From the human T2T-CHM13v2.0 reference genome, Homo sapiens, in the NCBI RefSeq assembly GCF_009914755.1, contig NC_060947.1: a DNA stretch of 64,000 bases; one strand, given 5' to 3'. The notes beneath the pieces are model-generated. The model had not been told where the DNA came from, searched no databases, and saw nothing but the letters and a program-made list of their open reading frames with translations. This document shows positions 14,590 to 27,637 of this stretch, piece by piece. The position numbers and the translations under genes are program-made. Every line of letters starts with the position of its first letter. The first letter of the stretch is position 1.

Positions 14590-15512
14590 TTCTTCTGCTC
14601 AGTAAAATAAATTATCATCAGAGTCAAGAGATAACCTACAAAAAGGGAGAAAATTTTTTCAATCTGTCCATTTCACAAAGGTCTAATATCCAGAGTCTAC
14701 AAGGAACTTAAACATATTTACAAAAAAAAATTAAAAAGTGGGCAAAGGATATGAACAGATATTTTTTGAAAGTCGACTTTCATGCAGCCAATAAACATTT
14801 TTTAGAAAGCTCAACATCACTGATCATTTGAGAAATGCAAATCAAAATCACATTGAGATTCCAGCTAACACCAGCCAGAATGGCAATTATTAAAAAGTCA
14901 AGAAATGACAGATGCTGATGAGGTTGCAGAGAAAAAGGAAAGCTTTACACTGTTTGTGTTTGTAAATAAGTTCAACCATTGTGGAAGACAGTGTGGTGAT
15001 TCCTCAAAGATCTAGAGGCAGAAATTTCATTTGACCCAGCAATCTCATTACCAAGTATATACCCAAAGGGATATAAGACATTCTATTATAAAGATACATA
15101 CATGCGTTCTGTTCATTGAAGCACTGTTCACAGTAGCAAAGACTTGGAATCAACCTAAATGCCCATCATTGATAGACTGTATGAAGAAAATGTGGTACAC
15201 ATACACCATGGAATATTATGCAGCCATAAAAAGGAACAAGAACATGTCCTTTGCAGGGACATGGATGGAGCTGGAAGCCATTATCCTTGGCAAACTAACA
15301 CAGGAACATGGTGGAAAACAACACACACTGGGTCCTGTCATGGTGTGGGTGGAGGGAGAGCATCAGGAAGTATGGCTAATGAATGCTGGTTTTAATACCT
15401 AGGTAATGGGCTGATCTGCGCAGCAAACTACCATGGCTCACTTTTACCTACGTAACAAACCTGCACATTATGCACATGTGCCCCAGAACTTAAAAGTTAA
15501 TAAATAAATAAA
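14590..15512 (+). mobile_element. 5'-truncated L1 3' end inserted in the 5'UTR of the L1P4
   Basis: ORF2 end WNQPKCPSLIDCMKKMWYTYTMEYYAAIK, 3'UTR and (TAAA)n tail. The host 5'UTR resumes at ~15513 (cttcaaatgaaacatccagg, compare 53936). Confidence 0.8.
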
Positions 15513-18420
15513 TACTCTTCAAATGAAACATCCAGGTGGACACATTGAGATTTTTCAAGGAAGCAACTCAACCCATAGAGAATGGAGAGGAGTGAGACAG
15601 GACAGCTACCAACCTGGGAGTGGCATGGACCCATGAGAACCTACCCCCACTCTGTAGAAATGATGATTGAGTGAGAGTCCCCAGGGATCCACACATCTGC
15701 CATGAGCTTTTACAACTTTGGGCTCCGGGGATTCTTTCATGAGCCCCCTCACTGGGACCTCTAGACTGATATGGAAAGCTACATGGAGTCTGGGCAGAGC
15801 CAACACTCAGGTACATGAAGAGCCCTGGGAGCCATGGATCCCTGAGCATCCTGGCACTAGTGGCTGCAGCACCATCAATGGGGGAGGTCAAGTTCCCCTC
15901 CATGCCCACATGAAAGAAGATGAATGTACAGCGCTGAGCAGAGACATAATGCAGGCCTTGCCTCCACTGTACCTCACAGAATAACACCCAACTGGCCTGG
16001 GACCCTAGAGTGTCCACACCAGCCCCACCTGGGTTCTTGGGCTGGTAGCATCTCTGTACTTTCCTGGGATGGAACTTCCAGAGAGAGCGGGTTACCACTT
16101 TTGCTGCCCCACAGCCCTCGTTGCTATTGCTCTCAGGCTCTGTAGGGTGCAAAGTGCTTAGGGACTCATGTGGATCTGCAGCACTGAACAACCATCCCAC
16201 GAGAAAGTGTCCAGACCGTTTCTCATGTGGGGCCCCATTTCTGTTTCTCCTCTCTGGACAGGTCCTCTCAACCTGGGACTCCAGCCACCCCCAACCTGGG
16301 CTCTCAGGTCAGTAGCCACTCTCAACTTCCAGGGAAGGAGCTCCCAAAAGAGGCCGGCTGCCATTTTTTGCTGCTATGTTTCATAAGTGAAAGAGAAATA
16401 AGATCCTTTTTAGCAAGCAAATGTTTAGGGAATTGGTTACCACCAGACCTGCCTTAGGAGAGTTCCTGAAGGAAGCATTAAATATAGAAAGGAAACACCA
16501 TTATAAGCCACTAAAAAAACACACTTAAGTACAAAGACACATGACACTTTAAAGCAACCACACAAACAAGTCTGCATAATAACCAGCTAACAACAAGAAG
16601 ACAGGATCAAATCTGTACATATTTATATTAATCTTGACTGTAAATGGGCTAACTGCTCAAATTAAAAGGCACAGAGTTGCAAGCTGGATAAGGAAACAAC
16701 ACCCAATATTATGTTGTCTTAAAGAGATCCATCTCACCCAGCAGTCCTGCCCCTGCTGCCCTCAGTCTGGGGAAGAAACAAAGAGCCTGAGAGCTTGACT
16801 TTCACTTCTAGCATGCCAGAGTCACTATATGAAGAGGAGCCCAGTCTCTTCTCTCTGTGAGTCCTCAACCCTCTGCTCTTCACCAAGTAGAGCCCACAGC
16901 TTAGGCCAGCAGAGGATCCACCCCAACCCCTGGCTGTACATTCTCAGTAGCAGTGGCATCACGCTTCCATGCAGTGAAGCTTCCAGAGTCAACCAAAAGC
17001 CCCTCTGCCACTGTAAGTGCATTGGTGCTACCCTTGCTGCCCTTGGACTGGGGAAGGAGAAAATACCCTGAGTGCTTTAATCATATCTCTAGCAAACTGC
17101 GGTTGTCCTAAGGAAAAGAGGCCAGTCTGTCTCCCCTGTGACCTGCACCTGCTCATCACCATGTTGCCACCCCACATGCAGCTGTCCCCGCACTGGGCCT
17201 ATTGGACTCACTGGTAGTAGAGCCCCAAGAGAAAAGGGAAAGGCCCTATGCCACAACTACTACCAAGGTCCCTTTCTCTGCTGCCTCCAAGATGGGGAGG
17301 GATACAGAAAGCCTGAGCATGACCCAGAGCTGTGGTGTGCAGCCCAGGACTGCCAAGCTCCTGGGCCAAACAACACAGCCAGCACTGTAAGTGGGAGAGG
17401 ATGTTTGCACTGAGATTTACAGCCAGAGCTCAACTGGGGGAAGAATCCACACTTTCAGAGCACTGAGAGGAAGCACTGCTGCAATCATGAGGAAATACGG
17501 AGGAGCCACATGGTTGAGGAAGAGCCTACATACTGACCATTATGCTTAAGTGCCATCTACTGGATCACAGCCCAAACTTGAACAACAAAAATACTTTTTA
17601 AATATACCCCAGTGTGAAACCAAGGGCAAGAATCCAGCTACAAATACAGACCCTGCGCAAAGCCTCAGCCCTCTAAAAACATCCAGAAAAGAAGTGTAAT
17701 GTACTCAAATTATGCCACAGTTAAAGAAATATCAGACTACATAGATAAGAAAGAACCAGTGCAAGAACTCTGGCAACCCAAAAAGCCCAAGTGTCTTCCT
17801 ATCTCCAAATGACCACACTAGTTCCCCAGCAAGAGTACTTAACTGGGCTAAATACCTGGAATCATAGAAATAAAATTCAAAAAATATTGATAGGAGCAAA
17901 GATCATAGAGACTCAACATAAAGTTGAAACCCAATTCAAGGAAACATTGGATTACAATAAAAAGATACAGAAACTGATAGATATAATAGCTGTTATAAGA
18001 GAGAACCAAACTAATCTGATAAAGCTGAGAAACACACTACAAGAGTTTCATAATATACTTACAAGTATTAATGGTAGAATAGACCAACCTGAGGTAAGAA
18101 TCTGAGAGCTAGCAGATTGGTTCTCTGAACTAGCTCAGTCAGACAAAAATAACGAACAATGAATTAAAAATTTGAACAAATCCCCCAAGAAATATGGGAT
18201 TAGGTAATATAGATCAAATCTATGACTCATTGGTGTCCCTGAAATAGATGGGGAGAAAGGCAACTTGGAAAACATATTTTAAGATATCATACATGAAAAC
18301 GCCACCAATCATGCTAGAGAGGCCAACATTGAAATTCAGAAAATTCAGAGAACTCCTGCAGGATACTACACAGGAAGACAATCCCTAAGACACGTAATCA
18401 TCAGTTTTTCTAAGGTCAAA

Positions 18421-18431
18421 ATTATATATAC

Positions 18432-18477
<46 letters not shown>

Positions 18478-18492
18478 ATAAGTATATACATA
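18421..18492. repeat. Compound (TA)n(CA)n microsatellite within L1 ORF1
   Basis: Directly visible. Confidence 0.9.
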
Positions 18493-21238
18493 TGGCAGCT
18501 ATACAGAAGGGGCCGGTCACCTACAAAGGTAACCACATCAAGCTAACAGCAGGCCTGTTAGCAGAAACCCTATAAGCCAGAAAATATTGGGGGCCTGTAT
18601 TCACCATTCTAAAAGAAAAGAATTTCTAGCCAATAATTTCATATGAAGCCAAACTAAGTTTCAGAAGTGAAGGAGAAACAAGGTCCTTTTTAGACAAGCA
18701 AATGTTTAGGGAATTGGTTACCACCAGACCTGCCTTAGAAGAGTTCCTGAAGGAAGCACTAAATATAGAAAGGAAACACCATTATAAGCCACTAGAAAAA
18801 CACACTTAAGTACAAAGACACATGATATTTTAAAGCAACCACACAAACAAGTCTGCATAATAACCAGCTAACAACAAGACAGGATCAAATCTGCACATAT
18901 GTATATTAACCTTGAGTGTAAATGGGCTAACTGCCCAAACTAAAAGGCACAGGGTGGCAAGCTGGATAAAGAAGCAACACCCAATGTTATGCTGTCTTAA
19001 AGGGATCCATTTCACACACAATGACACCCACAGGCTCAAAATAAAGGGATGGAGAAAAATCTTCCAAGGATATGGAAAACAGAAAAAATCAGAGGTTGCT
19101 ATTCTAATTTCAGATAAAAAAGACTTTGAATCAATGAAGATTAAAAAAGACAAAGAAGGTGATTATATATTGGTAAAGGGTTCAATTAAATAAGACCTCA
19201 CTATTCTAAATATATACACACTGAACATAGGAGCACCCAAATACATAAAGCAAGTTCTTAGAGACACATAAAGAGACTTAGATTTCCACACAATAACAGT
19301 GGGAGATTTCAACACCCCACTGACAGTATCAGACAGATCATCAAGGAAGAAAATTAATAAATATATTTTGGACCTGAACTTAACACTTGATCAAATAGAA
19401 CTAATAGACATCCACAGAACTATCCACCCAAAAACAACAGAATATCCATTCTTCTCATCTGCAAGTGGCACATACACTAAAATCAACAACATAATCGCCC
19501 TTAAAACAATTCTAAGCAAATTGAAAGAAAATATAATGCTAATCATACTATTGGACTACAGTGTAATAAAAATAGAATTAATAAGCAAGTTTCTCAAAAC
19601 CATACAATTACATGGTAATTAAACAATCTGCTCCTGAATGACTTTGGGTAAATAATGCAATTAAGGCAGAAATCAAGAATTCTTTGAACTAATGATAATA
19701 AGAATACAACATACTAGACTCTCTGGGACACAGCCAAAGAAGTGTTAAGAGGCAAGTTTAAAGCACTAAACACCCACATCAAAAAATTTACAAACTAACT
19801 TTCCTAACAACCACATCAAAAAGTTAACAGCCTAAAGATCGAAAGTTGACAATCTACCATCACACCTAGAAAAACAAGAGCAAAGCAACCTCAAATGTAG
19901 CAGAAGACAAGAAATAATCAAAATCAGTGCTGACCTGAAGGAAACTAACATATGAAAAACAATACAAAAGATCAAGTAATCCAAGAGACTGTGATTTGAA
20001 AAAATTAATACGATAGATACACCACTAGCTAGAATAATATGGAGAAAAGAGAAGATCCAAATAAACACAACCAGAAATGACAAAAGGAATGTTACCCCTG
20101 ACCCCGCAGTAATATAAAAATCCCTTAGAGGCTAATACAAACACCTCTATGAACAAAAACTAGAAAATCTGAAAGAAATGGCTAAATTTCTGGACACATA
20201 CAACCTACCAAGATGGAACCAGGAAGAAACAAAATTCCTGAACATAATAATAATGAGTTCCAAAATTGAAAATTAATAGAAAGCCTACCTCAACCAAAAA
20301 CAAAAAAAAAAAATACCAGGACCAGAAAAATTCACAGCTGAATTCTACCAGATGTATAAACAGCTCATACCAGTCATGCAGAAACCATTGTAAAAAAATT
20401 GGGGACAAGGAACTCCTTCTCAATTCATTCTATGAGGCCAGCGTTACTCAGGTACCAAAACCTGGCAGAAATACCACACACAAGAAAACCTCAGGCCGAT
20501 AACATTGATGAAAATAGATGCAAAAAGTCTTCAACAGAACACTAGCAAACTTAATCTAGCAACACATCAGAAAGGTAATCCATTATGGTCAAGTAAGCTT
20601 ATCCCTGAGATGCAAGGTTGTTTCAACATACATGAATCAATAAATGTGATTATACATATTAGCAAAATTAAAAACAAAAACCACATGAATGTCTCAATAG
20701 ATGCAGAAAAGACTTCTAATAAAATTTGACATCTTTTTATGGTAAAAACCCTTAAAAAATACTTATTGAAAAACGTACCTTAAAACGATAAGAGTCATCT
20801 ATGACAACTTCACAGCCAACATCATACTGACTGGGAAAAACTAGAATCATTACCCTTGCAACCCAGAACAACATAAGCATGTCCTCTTTCACTACTCCTA
20901 TAGAGCATAATACACCAAGTCCTGGTCAGAGCAATCAAACAAGAGCAAGAAAGAAAGAAAAGGAATCCAAACAGGAAAAGAGAAGTCAAACCATGCTTGT
21001 TTGCAGATGATACAGTTCTATAACTTGCAAGCCTCAAAGTCTCTGGCCAAAAGCTCCTTGATCTGATAAACAGCTTCAGCAATGTTTCAGGATACAAAAT
21101 CAATGTACAAACATCAGCAGCATTCCTATACACTAACAACATCTAAGCTGAGAGCCAAATCAGAAACAATAGCATTCACAATAGCCACACAAATAATGAA
21201 ACTACATTCCTATCTCTCACTATATGCAAAAATCAAGT

Positions 21239-23644
21239 AAAAGAAGACAAAGCAAGATGGTGGAATAGAAGGTTCCACCAATCCTCCCCCACCCCCCATT
21301 AAGGACACCAATTTAACAACTATCAACACAGAAGAAAATCTTTATAAGAACCCAAAATCAGGGGAGCACTCATAGTACTTAGTTTTAACCACCTATCTTT
21401 GAAAGAGGCACTGTAGAGATAGAAAAAAAACAATCCTGAATCACTGAGGCTGTCATTCCACTACCCCCAAGAAACAGCAGTGAGGAGCAGAGAGCATCTC
21501 TGGGCACTGGGGGAGGGAGAACACGGCATTTATAAGGCATTTAACTCAGTGCTGTCATGTTAGAACAGAAAGGAAAAGCAGACCAAATTCAGCTGATGCC
21601 CACCCAAGAATGCAGTATTTCAACCAGCCCTAGCCAGAGGGGAATCGCAGATCCCAGTGGTCAGAACTTAAGTTCCCACAAGCCTCACCAGGGAGGGCTA
21701 CAGTGCTCTGTGTCTCCAAGTAAACTTGAAAGGCAGTGTAGGCCGTAAGGACTATAACTCTTAGGTAAATTCTAGTTCTGAACTAGGCCCAGAGACAGTA
21801 GACTGGGGGAGGGTTCATGTGACCTACTGAGACACCAGCTGGGGGCAGTGAAGGGAGTGCTGGCATCACTCCTCCCCTAACCCCAGGCTGCACAGCTCAT
21901 GGCTCCAAAAGAGATCTCTTCTGCTTGAGGAGAAGAGATCAAAGAGTGGGAAAGACATTGTCTTGCATCTTGGATACCAGTTCAGTCACAGCAGGATAAG
22001 GCAGCAGTCAGAGTCATAAGGCCCCCATTCCAGGTCCTATCCCCCAGATAATATGTCTAGATACACCCTGGGGCAGAAGGAAACTGGCAGCCTTGAAATA
22101 AAGGGCCAAGTCCTGGCAGTATTCATCACTTGCTAACTGAAAAGCCTTTGGGCCATGAATAACCCGCTGTGATATCTAGTTACTACATCAGGGCTTTGGA
22201 TGAACCAATCAAAAAGAGTAACTACAACAACTTTTCAAGACCTAGTCAATACAATAAGACAGGAATAAAAACAACAGAAAGTCAAAAAATGGGAGGATGA
22301 AGTTAATGCATGCAGTTTTTATTAATTTTATTTTTGCTTATTTGTTTATGCAAAGTGTTAAGTTGTTATCTGGTTAAAATAACGGGTTACATAATAGTAT
22401 CTGCAAGCCTCATGAAAATTTCAAACCAAAAAAACTTACAATGGATACACAAAAAATAAAAAGCAAGAGACTAAATAATATCACCAGAGAAAATCACCTG
22501 CACTAAAGGAAGATAGGAAGGAAAGAAAGAAGGAACAGAAGACCACGAAACAATCAGAAAACAAGTAACAAAATGGCAGGAGTAAGTCTTTACTTATCAA
22601 TAATAACATTGAATGTAAATTTAGCAAACTCTCTAATCAAAAGACATAAATTGGCTGAAAGGATAATAAAACAAGACCCATTGATCTCTTCCCTACAAGA
22701 AACACACTTCACCTGTAAAGACACACATAGACTGAAAAAGGAATGGAAAAAGATATTACATGACAATGGAAACCAAAAAAGAGGAGGAGTCACTATATTT
22801 AAATCAGATAACATAGATTTCAAGACCAAATGTATAAGAACAGACAAAGAAGGTCACTATATGATGATAAAGGGGTCAGTTTAACAAGTGTGTATAAAAT
22901 ATGTATGCATCCAACACTAGAACAACCAGATATATAAAGCAAAATTATTAAAGCTAGATTAAGAAATAGACTCCCAATACAATAATAGCTAGAAATATTA
23001 GTATCCTACTTTCAGGACTGGACAGATACTTCAAACAGAAAATCAAAAAGGAAACATCAGACTTAATCTGCACTATAGACCGAATGGTTATAATAGGTAT
23101 TTACAGAACATTTTATCTAATGGCCACAGAATTCACATCCTTTTTCCCAGCGCATGGATCATTCTCAAGGATGCACCATATGTTAGGTCACAAAACAAGT
23201 GTTAAAAACATTAAACAAAAGAAATCATGTCAAGCATCTTTTCTGACCACAATGGAATAAAACTGAAAATTACTAACCAGAAGAATTTGGGAAAGTATAA
23301 AAATACATAGAAATTAAATAATATGCTCCTGAATGATCAGTGAATCCATAATGAAATTAAGAAGAAACTGAAACATTTCTTGAAACAAATGATATTGGAA
23401 ACACAACATATCAGGACCTGTGAGATACATCAAAAGCAGTACTAAGAGAGACATTTATATCTTTAAGTGCCTACATAAAAAAAAATAAAGAAAAACATTC
23501 AATAAACAGTCTAAGGATAAATGCTTGAGGAGAGTGATACCGTGATCTTCATGATATTTATTTCACATTGTGTGCCTGTATCAAAACATCTCATGTACCC
23601 CATAAATATATACATCTACCATGTACCCACAATAATCAAAAATT
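21239..23644 (+). mobile_element. Internally deleted L1MA (about L1MA1-3) with both ends and a TSD
   Basis: TSD aaaaatcaagt at 21228-21238 and 23645-23655. The 5' end gcaagatggtggaatagaagg is homologous to 41605, and the 3' end catctcatgtaccccataaatatatac is homologous to ~51315. Confidence 0.85.
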
Positions 23645-23655
23645 AAAAATCAAGT

Positions 23656-25405
23656 CCAAATGAATTGAGTACTAAAATCTAAGACCGGAAACTATGAAAC
23701 TGCTAAAAGAAAACATTGGGGAAAAGCTCCAGGACATTGTTCTTGGCAAAGATATTTTGTGTACGACTCCAAAGGTAAAGACAACAAAATCAAAAACAGA
23801 CAAATGAGGTTACATCCAGCTAAACAGTTTCTGCACAGAAAAGGAAACAATTAACAAAGTGAAGCAACCAATAGCAAAGACTTGGAACCAACCCAAATGT
23901 CCATCAATGATAGACTGGATTAAGAAAATGTGGCACATATACACCATGGAATACTATGCAGCCATAAAAAATGATGATTTCATGTCCTTTGTAGGGACAT
24001 GGATGAAGCTGGAAACCATCATTCTCAGCAAACTATCGCAAGGACAAAAAACCAAACACCGCATGTTCTCACTCATAGGTGGGAATTGAACAATGAGAAC
24101 ACATGGACACAGGAAGGAGAACATCACACACCAGGGCCTGTTGTGGGGTGCGGGGAGGGGGGAGGGATAGCAATAGGAGATATACCTAATGTTAAATGAC
24201 GAGTTAATGGGTGCAGCACACCAACATGGCACATGTATACATATGTAACTAACCTGCACGTTGCGCACATGTACCCTAAAACTTAAAGTATAATAAAAAT
24301 AAATAAATAAATAAATAAAAAACAAAGTGAAGAGACAATCCAGAGAAAAGGTAGAAAATATTTGATAAGTATTCATCTAACAAGGGATTAATATTCAGAA
24401 TATATAAGTAACTCAAAGAACTCAATCGTAATAAAACTAATATTCTGATTAAAAACAGGCAAAATATCTGAATATACATTTCTCAAAAGAACACATACAA
24501 ACAACCAACAGGTATATGAAAAAACTCTTAATGTCACCAATCATTAGAGAAATTAAAATCAAAACTACAATGAGGCATCATCTCCTCCCAGTTAGAATGA
24601 TTTTTATCAAAAAGACAGAGACTAACATGCTGTTGAGGATGTGAAGAAAGAGGAACTCCTTTACACTGTTTCTGGGAATGTAAACTAGTACAGCCACTAT
24701 GGAAACAGTGTGGAGAGTCCTCAAAAAACTAAAAATGGAACTACCATATGATCCAGCCATTCTACTACTGGATATGTGTCCAAAAGATAGGAAATTAATA
24801 TATTGAAGACATATCCACATCCCCATGTTTATTGCAGTACTATTCACAAAAGCCAAAATGTGGAATCAGTCTAGTGTCTACTAATGGATGAATGAATAAA
24901 GAAAATGTGGTATGTATACACAATGGAATATCCATGAAAAATAAAATCTTGTCATTAGCAGCAACATGTATGGAACTGGAGGTCAATATGCTTAGTGAAA
25001 TATGCTAGGCACAGACGGATAAATACTGCATGCATGTTGTCACTTATAGTTGGAGCTAAAAAGGTGGACCTAATGGAGTGTAGATTGAGGTTTATCAGAA
25101 ATGGTAGGGAGTGAGGAGGATGAAGAGACGTTGATTAATGGGTACAAGTATACACTTGATGGAAGAAATAAGACATGGTGTTCAATAGATTAGTAAGGTG
25201 ACTGTACTTAACATTAAGTGAGTGTACATTTCAAACTAGCCAGAAGATAAAAATTCAAATATTCCTGGCATAAAGAAAAGAAAAATATTTAAGATGATGC
25301 ATAGCCTAATTATCCTGATTTAATTATTTGAATTATGAAAATACCACATGTACCCTGAAAATATGTAGAGCTAATATGCATCAATGAAAGGAAAGAAAAA
25401 AAGAA
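23656..25405 (+). mobile_element. 3' part of the host L1MA (ORF2 end, 3'UTR, A tail); also includes ~21196-21238
   Basis: Reads continuously across the nested insertions (..tatatgcaaaaatcaagt|ccaaatgaattga..). Ends ccacatgtaccctgaaaatatgt..aaagaaaaaaag. Confidence 0.8.
23865..24320 (+). mobile_element. Young 5'-truncated L1PA (about L1PA4) 3' end
   Basis: Near-consensus 3'UTR (ggagatatacctaatgttaaatgacgagttaatggg), (AAAT)n tail, and a 12-bp TSD aacaaagtgaag at 23853-23864 and 24321-24332. Confidence 0.92.
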
Positions 25406-26512
25406 ATACTTGCACAAATATGGAAATAAGTAGATAAGATAATATTTAACAGAGTTCTGTTCAGGACGACGGAAAGAAAAAAACTACATGTACAACACGG
25501 GAATGGCTAAATTAATTCTGGTTCATGCACAAAATAAAATACTATGCAGTTATTAAAATAACCAAATGTATGCAACTGTATATATTTTTAAACAAAACCG
25601 ATTTATATACACACATACATATATTTACATGAAAATAGGAAAACATAACATTACAAACTGCAACATTATGCTGTGTGATTGCAATTCAATATGTATATGA
25701 GTACATGCATGTTGATAGGACCTTATACATCATAGGGAACCAAAAAACCTCTGGAGGCATATATAACAAAATTTAACTATAGTTTTGGTGGCAGGATGAA
25801 TAGTGATTTTTTTTCTTCTTTTGCTTACCTGTATCTTAGGATGTTTTTATAATCAACAAGTAAACGTGCAATACTGTAGAAAATTATTTCAAAACCTAAA
25901 AAAGATGTTTTTGAGTTTCTGGCTTGATGAATTTCGTGAAGATAATGGCACTATGTATTGTAGGGGATATACAAAACTTGTTTGGAATCAGTTAACAAGT
26001 CCAACATTACATGAATATGACATAACATGAGTCTGTATCTATTTAGACACACCCTTTTAGCTCAGCTTATCTCTGTAAATATAAAATTCAACAAAGTTGT
26101 GTGTTTGTTTGCTTCATCTGACTATACAGCAAAATTAATAATTCGACTAACAGTTTCAGTGATGCTAAAAATGTCACATACGTTTGGAGCATGCTCTTTT
26201 ATTTTGATTCCCCTGCAACAATAATTTCTAGAGACCAAATATGCACTGCTCTCCTATGAACACCCAAGTCATCCTGTGGACACACTCCTTGTGAAGCTCT
26301 GGAGCACAAATCAAGTAGAGTGGGCTTTTCTAAAGGACTTCACCAATATAGGGGAGAATTCAAGGATTAGGAGTTTGCAGGAAATAAGCAGTGTTTGACC
26401 AACTGACAAATTTTGCTTTCTATCACAGTTGGCTTGTTTTCAAAGCTCTCCATCATGCCCATTCTACCTGTCTCCCATCTTGTTTCCTAAACACCTAAAC
26501 ACTCTCATAAGC

Positions 26513-26716
26513 TGGGCTCCACTCTGCACCATGGAAGACACTAGCCACATGTGGTTATTTCAACTTGAATTTAAATAAATTCAAATTAAATAGAATTTAA
26601 AATTCAACTCTCAGATGCACAAGACTTATCGCAAGTAATTAGTGGTAAAATATGCATAGTGGCTACTGCATGAGGCCGCACAGAATCTATCACAGAAAAC
26701 CCTACTGGACAGCGCT
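26513..26716 (-). mobile_element. MER3 (hAT-Charlie) DNA transposon fossil
   Basis: actagccacatgtggttattt..aatttaaaattcaactctcag..gtggctac..actggacagcgctg. Confidence 0.7.
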
Positions 26717-27605
26717 GCTCATCTCAACCAGGAGTTGGTCCTCACTCTCAAGCACATCTAAAACTCTCCCATAGTTTTAGTTTCTGTTATTAAGATCATA
26801 GTTTTCTTCCGGATAATTTGATCAGTGCCAGGTATTACCTCCCCCTTCACGTAAGACACTGCTCCCTACATACCTACTCTAGCCTCTACGTGATACAGGT
26901 TCATTTTCTATCCCTTAACCATAGAGCAGCTGCAACAGTCACTCTCCTGAAGTTATCCACTTCAGTAATAAAGCTGTTCTCTCACAATGGGTTCCCTTTA
27001 GAGATTGAATCCTTCCCTCATGGAGCTGAATTCCATAAATAGGAGGCTCGCGTCATTCCAGCAGTACTGAAGGAAATCTGCTTCGGTGTCCACTCATAGC
27101 TGAGTCATCCTCATATTTTGGTTTATTTTTCTAAATGAGTCTTAGTGCACACCCATCAACCTGCTGTGATTGTGCAATCCTTACTGTCTTGATTCTATTA
27201 ACTTCCTCTGATTCTTTCTCAGATTTTGCATGACATGAAGATTTCACACAAAGCCAATCGCCTGGATAACTGGACTCTTCCACAGCTTACGAGGCTGCAG
27301 CTATTGAAAGGAATTTCTTTCTGGCCTTGTCATTTACAGTGTTTACCAAATTCATAAACATAAATTATTTCATAGAGTGTCACTTTGAGGAGAATATTTC
27401 ACTCCAAGTACAAAGAAGTTTCTTGAATGAATCAGCCTTTCTCATGCTTTTGTTCACCTCCCACATGCCTGTGGTGTTCAATAAAACTGAAATCACGTAG
27501 ACTGATTTTCTACACTCTTCAAGTGGCCCCACTGAGTTAGAGATTAAGAACCTTCAGTGCATAGCTTTCAAATTTTTTTAACATTACCCTCTAATGACCC
27601 AGTGT

Positions 27606-27637
27606 ATGCACATGCACACACACACACACACACACAC
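27606..27637. repeat. (CA)n microsatellite
   Basis: Directly visible. Confidence 0.85.

Larger units (their letters stand above)
14508..21195 (+). mobile_element. L1P4-type (about L1PA15-16) element nested in the L1MA: 5'UTR to mid-ORF2, 3' part missing
   Basis: 5' end gggccaagatagctgactagaagcagctagtgtg is shared with the element at 53850. ORF1 remnant at 17791-18105; endonuclease remnants SVNGLTAQTKRHRVASWIKKQ and MGDFNTPLT. Confidence 0.85.

Noticed and set aside
15568-16200. 210-aa antisense ORF, ORF0-like in position
   Set aside because: Lies in a GC-rich old L1 5'UTR where stops are scarce; no similarity to ORF0 that I can recognise.
17791-21142. L1 ORF1/ORF2 ORFs as an active retrotransposon
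   Set aside because: All are fragmented by stops and frameshifts; no L1 in the window is intact.
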